A DNA stretch of 63,016 bases, the filler included, from Choristocarpus tenellus KU-1152 (lineage: Eukaryota; Protista; Phaeophyceae), in the NCBI GenBank assembly GCA_964200185.2. It is 12 parts of 12 records of this genome, joined end to end, with 100 filler letters (N's around TTAATTAATTAA, not from the genome) between each part and the next. Parts side by side here need not be neighbours in the genome. Positions count along the whole stretch, not along the records: positions 48,609 to 53,806 come from CAXNAD020011538.1; positions 53,907 to 57,774 come from CAXNAD020017489.1; positions 57,875 to 63,016 come from CAXNAD020011737.1; 9 more parts are not named here. One strand, written 5' to 3'. Positions within the stretch are counted from its first letter, which is position 1. Every line of letters begins with the position of its first letter. Both the position numbers and the translations under genes were made by a program. Under the pieces are notes generated by a model. The model did no database searches. It was not told where the DNA came from and saw only the letters and a program-made list of their open reading frames with translations. Shown here in pieces: positions 51,701 through 62,310 of the stretch.

Positions 51701-52767
51701 TAATTGAGCAATGCAGACAGAACTTCAGAGAGATACCAGAAGTACTGGAGAGACGGATGTCTGCAAAGGGAAAAAAACAGGGAGAGAGTCAACACTTCGA
51801 TTGCCAAGTCTTCCCCAGGACTAGGATCCAAACCAGATGACCTAGTATTAGTGAAGGAAGCACACAGCTCTATGTCCATGGGGAAAACCTAGGTGAGACA
51901 AGAGTGGGCAAAAAACTAGTTCATGAAAGATGCAAGGGGCCGTGGACAGTAAATGAAACTTCGCATTAGAGTAGTAGCATGACGATCGAATTGCTGGGTA
52001 GGTAAATACGCACACACGTAATGTTCACGCTTCTAATGTAAAACTCTTCCACGCAAGATCCATTCATTTGAGACATTGCTTCCTAAATGAATATGCCCAA
52101 ATGGTGTGGGAATCGGACCTAGTTCTAACTGCAGAATCTGTGGTAGCAACCGGCTCAAAGTATCTGGGGGTGGCGGTGGCGGGTGTCCATTCGGGGTCAA
52201 TTTTTTCATGTCGCGTTTCTTGTGTGATTTGGTTGCATAGTAGGTCGGATCAATAATGTAAATGCACTTTTCCTGATTTTGGTCCAAATGGACACCCTGG
52301 TGTAGACCGCCCCCCCTCCCCCACAGATACTTTGGGTCACCCCAATGTATACCCTTACTGATAGATAAGCAGTATTATCACCATCAAATGTGTGGCATTG
52401 GGAATATAAGGGGAAGTATCAGAATGGACAGTTGTCAGATTGGGTAACCGAAACAGAATCTATGGATTGCTTCACCCCACTATAGTTGAATGTCTTCCAT
52501 GCCCTCTGGGACCTCTACAATCCAGACACAAGCCCGCGTCCCACTGATATTTCTCGCCAAGACAAACTCTTGCCCTCAGAGGATGCATTGCGCCTTTTCC
52601 CCACAGGTACTACTGTCAAAAAGTTGTGGAAATACGACAAAGGAAGAGAAAAGTGGTACACAGGCGCAGTTTTCGACTTCAAGTCACCCTACTGAAGGGT
52701 ACGGTTTAATGATAGAGATTGTGAGGAATTCAACAAGAGCGAAATGAGCCGCTTCTCCCAAAGATGA
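48701..52767 (+). mobile_element. Ty3/gypsy pol remnant: RT, RNase H, integrase, C-terminal chromo-like and Tudor-like region; interrupted by three MITEs
   Basis: WLDNL (YLDD-like); GMTGYMRQFV; PILVFPGWDKPFLLRTDAS...IAYASR...ERECMAI; LVVP..LV..II..H...HQGV; YILIVIDRASRF...FGVP.SI.SDEGGEF. Confidence 0.93.
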
Positions 52768-53405
52768 TCCAACAGGTAACCACTGTATACCCAGAAGACA
52801 AGGTGCGTGAGGATTAGGTGGTACGTGCCAGAACAAAGGAATCAAGCATTGATAGTCATAGCCCCTCTATGGGACGTGGGATATCAGAAGTCGAAACCAT
52901 GAAGCCACCCACATCAGAGCAGACAGTAATTTGTATGGGTTGCATAAATTTATTTTTATTTGTTTGTGTATTTTTATTTTACATCTACATTTTTTTTTCT
53001 TTGTTCTGTCAGCCCTGATCCCACCATATTATTTGTTTTGTTTTATCTTTGTTCTTGTTCTTGTTTTATTTTGTTGATCATGATGATGTTATTGTCTGTT
53101 TTACACACTAGCAACCTGGAGTATCATTCGTCCTTGGGGGGCATAAGACAGGCCATAATCAGATGATACATGGTAACTTCTGGAAGCTGTGCTTTAGAAG
53201 GAGCAAATGTATGCCCAGATTAGGCTAGATGCAGACAGATTTCCCTAAGCAAACAAGGGTATTTGTCTTTAGACCTAGTGGGAGTTAGGTATTTTTTCTC
53301 TACCACACCATGATCTGAGGTGGTTGATGATATCTTGTGCCATCACCAGTGACAATCGCTTGTGGTAAGCGTGAAACACGTATTCCTAGTTCACGCTGGG
53401 GGGCA

Positions 53406-53806
53406 TGTTACAGGCGAATGGCATGATTATTTCTTCTCGTGTTCTAACATGCGCGAGCAGTATACACACGTAAGGACTCTTACAAGAGGAACTCCGATTG
53501 CTAGAAGATGCAGAGTAAGATTTTAAATGCAGAGGTAACCTTACATAATGAACGCCGATTTGCTAGAAGTTGCAGAATAGGACTTATAATTTGAGAAGGC
53601 TCAAAGTATCTAGGAGGGGGTGGCGGCTGTCCATTTGGGGTCAATTTTTTCTTGTCGCGATTTTTAGGTGATTGGGTTGCATACGTCGGATGGTTACTGT
53701 AAATTCACTTTTCCTGATTTTGCCCCAAATAGACACCCTGGTGTAGCCCCCCCCCCCCCCACAGATAATTTGGGTCGGATTGGAAAACATTGGTGGTGAG
53801 AGGTGG
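53406..53806 (+). mobile_element. Gypsy 3' LTR (family D), preceded by a PPT and interrupted by MITE A
   Basis: tggggggca|TGTTACAGGCGAAT..., homologous to the reverse complement of the solo-LTR end at 7001 and 62310. Confidence 0.75.
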
Positions 53807-54194
53807 NNNNNNNNNNNNNNNNNNNNNNNNNNNNNNNNNNNNNNNNNNNNTTAATTAATTAANNNNNNNNNNNNNNNNNNNNNNNNNNNNNNNNNNNNNN
53901 NNNNNNGACGGTCGTTTTGTGGCGGTCGGGGGGGGGGGTGGGGTGTCTGCCGTGGGGGGGGGGGGGGGGGGGGGGGTGGGGGGGTCTGCACCAGGGTATA
54001 TATTTGGGTCATAACCAGGAAAAGTACACATACATTATCCATCCGACGTATGCAATCAAATAACCAAAAAATCGCAAGATGAAAAAATTGGCCCCAAATG
54101 GACAGCCGCCACCCCCTTTCAGATACTTTGAGTCCCTTGCAGCACTATGATTCCTCATCGCACGTAGACTGCACATTTTGCTCAGAAGTACGAT

Positions 54195-54555
54195 GCATTC
54201 GATTCAGGTTTTAACATTTCGTTCTGGGTCTCGATGATAACATCCTTGCCGATGTCAAAGAGTGGGTGCGCAAACACACAGGAAGAAAGGGTTGGGAGGC
54301 TTTCCCCCCCTAAAAAAGTATACATTTAATTAAGTAATAGTGCATCTGTTCCCACTCTTACTGACCTACAATCCAGGATTCCAACACCAATATGAGCGCT
54401 ATTTCTAAAAAAAAAAAACGTACAAAAAAAAACGAAGTGTACTCTGGAGGGCCTTGTGACGGGCATCACGACTATCCTTTCGTTTTTTTAATCTGATGTC
54501 TAAATCAAAAGTGATGACGGGACAACCCCAAAGGGCGAAATTACTGATACCACTA
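54195..54555 (+). mobile_element. Element C 3' fragment
   Basis: Encodes ILADVKEWVRKHTGRKG; ends gataccacta|TA. Confidence 0.85.
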
Positions 54556-54779
54556 TATTATGTGGAGCACCAATCCTTTTGAACCCAAATTGAACGTTGA
54601 AACTCCACATGAAATTTCCTACAAGTTGATTTTTCTTGCCCGTTGTTTTAGTAGGGACGGAACTGAAAGGGTATTTTTTATTGATAACATGTCACAGGGA
54701 GAGGGCGTGAAGCCAGACTCGATCTTCAAAGAAGAGTCTGCGAAACTTATCAACTGCGTAAACAACAACTAGAACAATG

Positions 54780-57400
54780 AATGGTGAGTAATGGAGGTGT
54801 GCTGATGGTGGATGGAACCCGTGCGAGAGGTGGAATCTACAGGACGTGTGGAGTGCTGGTTGTGTAGAGGACCACACTTTCTATCCTCTTACCTCACTGC
54901 TTTTCCGTCGCGTTGTGGATCCTATACAGGTGCATGCTATGTTTTGGAGTGAAAGGATACAAGGCTTACCATTGTCCCGAACGTGCTGGAGCTGTTGGAG
55001 GGACTGGCTAAGGATCGGGTCAAGGATCGACTAACTCTGGACCAAATCCCAAAAGGAAGAGGAAGGACTGTAAAGAAAAGGGGAGTGGTGATGTCAACAG
55101 CACTGGTGAAGTTTTGGATGATACAAGCAGGGACACAATCCAGGGGAGAATTATATTGGAAAAAAGGGAAAATTCCTTGCAATGAACCCCTCCCTGAAGT
55201 ACTAGACATGATAGAGAGGATAGTGTCCGGACTAGCTCTAGCTGAGGGGGAAGTGCGAACTGACGCACTCGCCCTGACAAGGGCTGGAGGAGATACCGTC
55301 ACAGGTGGAACATCTGAGGAGATTGTAATGTCAAAAGATGATGTTGCAACGACAGGAAAGATTACACTTGATGGGGTTTCAGGAGATGCCATCGACCCAG
55401 GGGGGACTGTTGAGGAGGAGGGGCTACCCCAAAGGTGTTTGGAATGGATTTTGACCTAGAGCGATCGAATGGAGCAAATGCAACATCAGAGGAAGATGTT
55501 GTGGCATCTGATAACCTCGCCCAGGAGGGGCCTAGAAGAGTCGACTTCGTAAAGGATGAGGCTACAGGTATTGATCTAACCCATTCTGGGGCTAGAGATG
55601 TTGATCTCGCCCAAGAGGGGAGTGGAGGAGATGTCGATTGTTGAGGATCGATGTTTGAGGCTACTAGATCAGTGGAGGATGCTGTAGCGAAGAGAATGCT
55701 TCCCCCTGAGGGGGTTGAAGTGAATGCCATTGTCCCAGGGGGGATTGTTAGGGGGGAGGAACCCACCTCAAAGATGGCACCAACAGTTATTGATCCAGGG
55801 GGATCAACGAGTACGAATGCAACATCAGAGTCCCCATACGTGATAGATTTAGGGGTAGTGGGTTTGATGCCTGAGGAAGAGTCAAAGTATCTTAGAGGGT
55901 AGAGCCGCGTCCATTTAGGGACCAAAATTCAATTTTGCGATTTTGATGTAATTTTGGTATCGTGTTTGTTAGGACTTGTCTGTATCTTTGTTCTGGACAC
56001 ACCTTTTCTTAACGTATATTCATTTTACCTACTCTAAAACATTTTGGAGTAGGAAAATGTCAGAAAGAATCCTATGAGAAGCCAAGTCCCAAATGGACAA
56101 AGAGGGCAAAATTCGTACCCTCTAAGATACTTTCACTCGAAGTTGAACCAGGTAAGTGTGGGACTGTGGACAAGTCCAGTCTAGATGCTGCTGAGAAAGT
56201 TGTGCTATGTCCTGCGGTAGCAGAAAATGCAATGGGGTTCACTATGGAGAGCGAGGAGTTGGATGAACGTTTGGACACTGCCATTGGTGATATGGACCCA
56301 TTGTCACAGCAGGGGAGTGTGAGGAAGAAGACTGAAAGTATCTTAGAGGGTACGAGTTTTGCCCTGTTTGTCCATTTCGTGCTTCACTTCCCATGGCGTA
56401 TTTTTATTACATTTTCCTACTCCAAAATGTTCCAGAGTAGGTAAAATGTATACGTCTTGAAAAGGTGTGTCCGAAACAAGGATATTGACACTTCCTAACA
56501 AACACGATAGCCAAAATTATATCAAAATCGCAAAATTGGATTTTGACCCCCGAATGGACAAGGCCCTACCCTCTAAGATACTTTGGCTCAGAAGATACTG
56601 CGACATGTGGATCCCAATAGGGACCCTCCACCTGAACCAGGCGAACTATTGGAAGGGTTAGGTGGAGATGGCACTGTAGAATTTGTTTCAAGTCCACAGG
56701 TACCAGGAAATGAGCGAGATTTGGGAGTGGAGGCAGTGAGATCTGATGGAGTAATAGATACAGGCATGGTGGGTGCGAATCAGAAGTCGGAGCAGGGGAG
56801 TGTGGGAAATACCTTGATACTGAGACTTGCTGATCACAACCGAGACCCTCCTACACGTGAGCAAAGTTCACCATCTGAGAGACAACTGAGGTATGAATGG
56901 CGACTGGGAGGTCTGCTTGTTGGTGGGAAAGATAGACTCCTCCCACCAGAAACTCAAGAAAATATGAGAGACAATGGAATCGGAGGAGTGGCCCTTGTGG
57001 AAAGGGACTGTGGATGAAAAAATGGGTATACACAGCAGACATTCAAAGACCCAGTTTGCTTACCCATTAAGTAGGGACAAGGTTTTCGACCGAGGCAGGT
57101 GGATGTTAAAGGGAGAGTGCAGAGGTCCAAGGCGGGACTAGGACGACCAGAAGGACAAAGAGGGTGGAGCAGGAGGGACTACTACAGATCTATGATTGGT
57201 GGTATACAATGGGCTGCTATCATGACTAGACCTGATGTATCATTTGCAGCTAGAGACCTTTCATCTAATGTGGTGAATCCAAGTTGGTCAGATTGGTGTA
57301 ATACTAAGAGAGTGATTGGGTAGCTGTTGGGTACTAAAGAGCATGGAATTACCTTTGGTGACTTTGAGGATGTCCTTGTGGGATGCATTGTTGGCCAACT
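54780..57400 (+). mobile_element. Decayed Ty1/copia pol (integrase tail, long acidic linker, internally deleted RT) carrying two MITE-B insertions
   Basis: YRSMIGGIQWAAIMTRPDVSFAARDLS...W...KRVI..L.GT...GITF at 57180-57360; DPPT.E and ENMRDN RT-start remnants. Confidence 0.7.
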
Positions 57401-57874
57401 ATATTTTTGGGTGTTCTCGGTGGCTTATGGTAGATCGGAGGTGTACAAGAAGAAGAATGCACGAATGGCAGGGGTGTGGGGGCCGTGGTGTTTGGTTAAG
57501 CAGCGAGTGCTTTCGTGCACACGCTGTACACATAACCTGGGACGCGTCTACGTCTCAAACCTCAAAAAAGCACCGGTTTCATACAGTGGGTTGAGACTCA
57601 AAGTATCTGGGAGGAGGTGGTGGCTGTCAATTTGGGGCCAATTTTTTCATGTAGCGATTTTTGTGTGGTTGGGTTGCATACATCGGATGGATAATATAAG
57701 TTCACTTTTCCTAGTTATGATCCAAATAAACACCCTGGTGTTGACACGGCCCACCCCCCCCCCCACTCATTCTTNNNNNNNNNNNNNNNNNNNNNNNNNN
57801 NNNNNNNNNNNNNNNNNNTTAATTAATTAANNNNNNNNNNNNNNNNNNNNNNNNNNNNNNNNNNNNNNNNNNNN

Positions 57875-57959
57875 GATGGGCTTGACCCAAAATTGACTGG
57901 GATAAAGTGTCGATATGTATTTTTTTTGTAGTACCAGTCAATTTTGGGTCAAGCCCATC
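57875..57959. repeat. Perfect 26-bp inverted repeat around a ~33-bp loop (micro-MITE or hairpin)
   Basis: gatgggcttgacccaaaattgactgg ... ccagtcaattttgggtcaagcccatc. Confidence 0.9.
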
Positions 57960-58009
57960 CTCAATGAAAAGCTCCATCCTCAATTTTTGAAATCGGCTGT
58001 TTGAAACAT

Positions 58010-58171
58010 TAAGTCAAGCATTGAGCTAAGCACTGATTGAAGCATCGAGAGAAGAGTGGCTGACACCGCATGTGGCTATCAACCGAGGAAATACCCCCAT
58101 AGCGTCGTTTTAAGGTCGTTGGAATAGAGTTGCGCATCCAGTGGAGGTGAGTTCTGGAGTGTTTTGTAACA
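58010..58171 (+). mobile_element. LTR family D variant, 3' part
   Basis: Matches 5770-5856 plus 8351-8420 as an uninterrupted empty site; ends TGTAACA. Confidence 0.8.
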
Positions 58172-58269
58172 GATGTGTCAGAGGAGAAGCCAATTAAAAG
58201 CTAATTCAATTCCATAAGAACACCTGAAAAGTAACAGTTGCCGTAAATGTGAAAGATGTCTTTCTATGA

Positions 58270-58388
58270 TGTATTTACTACTTGACTACCAGCTATGCTA
58301 CACCACTCCCCTCCTATGCTTCCAACCTAGCTTAGCCCTACGCAACAGGGCGAGCAGCTAGGGAAGTATCCCAAGAATCTGACATAAA
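58270..58388 (-). mobile_element. 3' tail of the CRE-like LINE
   Basis: Homologous to 19820-19926 (cagctagggaagtatcccaagaatct versus gagctagggaggcatcccaagaatct). Confidence 0.65.
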
Positions 58389-58503
58389 TACTGTTGTTGG
58401 AACAATGGAAAACCAGATTCCCTGAAAAGGAGTGTTACATCGAGGGGGTTCGACCACCCGAATAATGCCTTCTGGCAACTGGTCAGAGACCAGGATCAAA
58501 AAG

Positions 58504-58577
58504 AGGTGCCACCGGGGCTCGAACCCGGGATCTTGTCGATGTCAACGACATGTTCTAACCAACTAAACCATGGCGCC
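58504..58577 (-). tRNA. tRNA or tRNA-like gene with anticodon GAC (Val); possibly a pseudogene or SINE head
   Basis: Cloverleaf GGCGCCA-TG-GTTT..GAAC-A-TGTCG[TT GAC AT]CGACA-AGATC-CCGGG[TTCGAGC]CCCGG-TGGCACC-T. A and B boxes intact, one acceptor-stem mismatch, followed by CTTTTT. Confidence 0.75.
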
Positions 58578-58760
58578 AAATCTTCGCATATTGGTCAGTG
58601 ACACAAAAACATCTCCAATTGATACCTTTTCCTACACCGTTGTTGGATCATCGAAAAAGAGACATCCGGAAAGGCGCAGTATGACGTTGGAGGGGTTCAA
58701 CTACAAATCCTCCGAGGGAGTGATGCCTTCTAACTACTGGTCAGAGACCACGATCAAAAA

Positions 58761-58834
58761 GAGATCCCACCAGAGTTCGAACCCCAGACATTTCAACGAA
58801 AACGACATGTTCTGACCAACTAAAACATGGTGTC
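58761..58834 (-). pseudogene. Degenerate second tRNA-like copy within a ~257-bp tandem unit
   Basis: ccatgttttagttggtcagaacatgtcgtt...ggttcgaactctggtgg, with the same downstream ~130-bp body as copy 1. Confidence 0.75.
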
Positions 58835-58874
58835 ATGGTCTGTCATAAAAACTCCCCACAACACAAGACACTCA

Positions 58875-59570
58875 CTACTCTCGAACTAGTGGTGGTCCAA
58901 TCCGTGGATGTGGATTATGTCTGTGGTCTTTTTTGGAGGTCAAAGTCTTCAACTTTTGCTGAGACATTAAAGTAGTCCACTCAGACACCAGTCGCACTGA
59001 TGACCTAGCCACCTTCACAACCATTGTCATCATCCTGACCAGACTTCCTTGGGTCTTGGACACAATACTCGCATCATCAGCATACAGCATAACCCACTGA
59101 TACCACTCAATTCTTACCCCGCTCCCTATCCTTCCTCCTCCTCTGACACAGTTTTTTCTAGCAGATTCGTTGATGACAACAAGGTCCTTAGAGATGATGG
59201 GGTCGGTATGGAACACACCATGGCCACTATGCTTAGCGCTTCCATAACAAGGTGTTGAACAAGATGAGAGCAACAACACACCCTTAGCAAGGAAAGGCCT
59301 TGCCTGACTTCCAACTAATCCGTATACTTTTCATCAATCTTCCATCCAAACGATGCATGCATTCCATTATGGAACTTGCGGACGACTGATCTCATTGTCT
59401 CAGGCACTCCAAACTTGGTCAAAGCACAGTCCAGAGGAGAATTGCGGTAGTCAGGATCATATGACTTCTCTAGGTCAACAAAAAATATTAATAGGGGCAT
59501 ATGCTTTTCCCAGCCAGGCCAGCATGCGTGCCATCAGCCAGTATCACAGCATTTTTTGCAGTAGATAACT
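58875..59570 (-). mobile_element. Decayed RTE-like non-LTR retrotransposon RT
   Basis: FVDLEKSYD; LTKFGVPETMRSVVRKFHNGMHA; EVRQGL; MLYADDASIVS. Confidence 0.88.
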
Positions 59571-60839
59571 CGCCACATATCTATGGTCCTGAGGCTTGTT
59601 ATAATACCCCTACAACAACATGACACTTACTACACGTTTCCTTTTCCTCTCTACCTCGTAAGGTTTACACAGATATTGCATGGATGAGAGCCTATAGTGT
59701 AATACTCTTTCATTGGCCCGGTCCGTCCCTCCATCTAGATATCCAGTTGCTTTGCTAGCACTCTATAGATTGACACAACTACTCTAGTCAATGAAACGTC
59801 TCATCCACATGCAGGAGCGAAGCGAGTGTAGGTCTCTCCAACCATATTAGCGAATACGTCTCCTGAGGTTCACAGGTTACCACAGGAATTAACGACCACT
59901 CAACTAAAGATAGAGACACACTGGAACCCAAAAATAGTTAGTTGGTCGATGCCCCAAGCACCTTCCATCGTCTACCTCCTATTCTCTCCCCCAAAGTATC
60001 AATGGAGGGCTATACATAATTTCAGTCCCAGCACTCATGCAATCGCCCCTCAGTGACTTGGTGTAGCAATGCGCTCAATGCTCAATGTCAGGAGCTGATC
60101 ATCAGGTCTCAAGATTTTCACGTTTCGAGATGTGCTCTCAAATATATTTCAAGTTTTTGTGAGGCGTATCAAAAGATTTATTTGGTACACAGAGATGGAC
60201 TGAGAAAAAAAATTTCCAGGGTGTTTCGATTACCTTTTGCCATCTGAACTAAGGTACGGGGTGTCACCAATTCTGGGGGGAGATGTCAGAGGGGATGGGT
60301 GGTCTTACTGGCAATTTCATAAACGCCATTTGGACCTTGCAGTCCCAGATTTGATATGTTGTGCTTCTTGGCTATTTGTATATTTTTTAGTCATTGTGAG
60401 ACCATTCAATGCCCATGTCTTAGTTTTGTGTCTGTCTGTGTAAGTACACATGTGTCCTAGGAAAAGATACTGTTGAGAGGCAGAGATGCTCACTGAAGAC
60501 TCAAATTATCTGGGGCGGGTGGCGGCTGTCCATCTGTTGCCAATTTTTCCTGTCGCGATTTTTGGGTGATTTGGTTCCATACATCGGGTGGATAATGAAA
60601 GTGCACTTTTCCTGGTTATGGGCCGAATGGACATATGGTGTAGATCCCCCCCCAGATACTTAGGGTCTGATTACGAAGTTCCCTGTTACTACGGTGACAG
60701 CAGCAGTGCAGTACTTGACTGTGGCAACAGTAGTAGTGAGATCAAGTTGAAGGTCACAGAATAGCCCTCAGTACCCCCCTGCCTTCAAGCACCCCCCGAA
60801 TTGATTGCCTGACATTATGACAATGCTCTCCTTCACCTC

Positions 60840-61160
60840 AATATAAGGTCACACGTCAAAAGGTTGTGGCATGCATTTTAGATTCGGCAAATGCCCGTAA
60901 TGAGGATCCTGCAACTAGATCTTCTGGTGTATCCCCATGTCCCTACCTGCTGAAATTGCCCAACAAGCAGAAATTGTACAACTTTGGAATAATTTCAAAC
61001 TGACACATAAATCTTTCACGTGTTATACTTCGTAGCATTGTGCTAGTTGAATTTCGAGAAAAATTTGTAAGAATATCCAAAAATATATTTACATTATTTC
61101 CACTATTCACACAATGGGAGGCGAACAAGTTTAGACTTTCTATTTTGTTGTAATAGGGCA
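60840..61160 (-). pseudogene. Possible pogo/Tigger (DDE_1) transposase remnant
   Basis: CLLGNFS..GH (cf. LLlDnfsgH), followed by LPNL...QPFDV (cf. LP...T..LQPlDv). Confidence 0.4.
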
Positions 61161-61704
61161 TCCTCGTTGCAATATGGTTCTAATCAGGGCCAGGCCACTG
61201 GTCAGCCCGGTTATGTCCTTCGATGGTCACAGTCCAACCCTGTCAATGTATATCTACCTAGCCCGGTTTGTGATCCAGTCTGGTTTAAAATCTGCATAAT
61301 ATGGCTCCGATCTGGCCCTGTTGTATTGTGTAAACACAATTTTAGACAATAACTGTTCGCCGTCCGGTTCGGTTATACTCTTTGATGGCCTGGAATGATC
61401 CCACTAAGACATATTTCTCCTGGGCTAGATTCATCACGTACTGCCAGCCCAGTGTAAGGTCCTGCTAGAGGCTTATCTCTTACGTCAACTGTATTGTTCC
61501 ACATTTAAGCAAAGAACTGAGATATCGAGTGACAGAGAAAGAAGTCCGATACGTTTCTTCTTTTCAACTGGGGTAGCATACTTCTTGTTTCAGCACCTTA
61601 ATTCTGGTCAGGATGGATCGATGTAACCCAATTACCATGTAATAGGAAGCGATTAATAAAACTCGAAGGGATTATGGACAACCCTATCTCGGTCGAACAT
61701 AATG

Positions 61705-62310
61705 TCTTACAGGCGCCCCTCAGAACTCACCTCCACAGGATGTACAACTCAAATCCAACGACCTTAAAACGACGCTACGGGGGCGTTGCCTTTTACAACG
61801 GTTTGTAGGGTGTCAGATAGCCTTTCTCTTCAGTGCTTAGCTCAAAGCTTAACTCAATGTTTCGTTCAAAGATATAAAAGGACTGGAGCATAAGCGAGGT
61901 AAAACGTGTGTTACCACTAAAAAGCTCTCTTATTATTTTCATCATCCACCCAATTTCGTTGTTCTTCTATCAACTACTCTATAGATACTCCAATCATAAG
62001 CCTTTATTCTTCAACTTCTAGTGACTTTGACATTTTCCTCTGTAATGTTACGTAGATATTCCGAATCTTACTCTGCATCTCCTCAAAATAATCATTTAAC
62101 CTGTAAGGCTAACTATGTGTTACTAATGTGGTATATAGTTTGTACTTGTCAGAACTCGAGAAACAATCTTCGCACTACACGTCTGTCACAAAAAATGTTC
62201 GTATATCCTAAAACATGAGGATAAAATGCTCGCACTATTCGCGTGTAATAAATGCTCCCACTTCGTTGAAATACAAGAAGAAGAAACGCTCGCGCTATTC
62301 GCCTGTAACA
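61705..62310 (-). mobile_element. Solo LTR family D (~606 bp)
   Basis: Full-length match to 6414-7001; flanks AATG/AATA (TSD with one mismatch). Confidence 0.9.
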
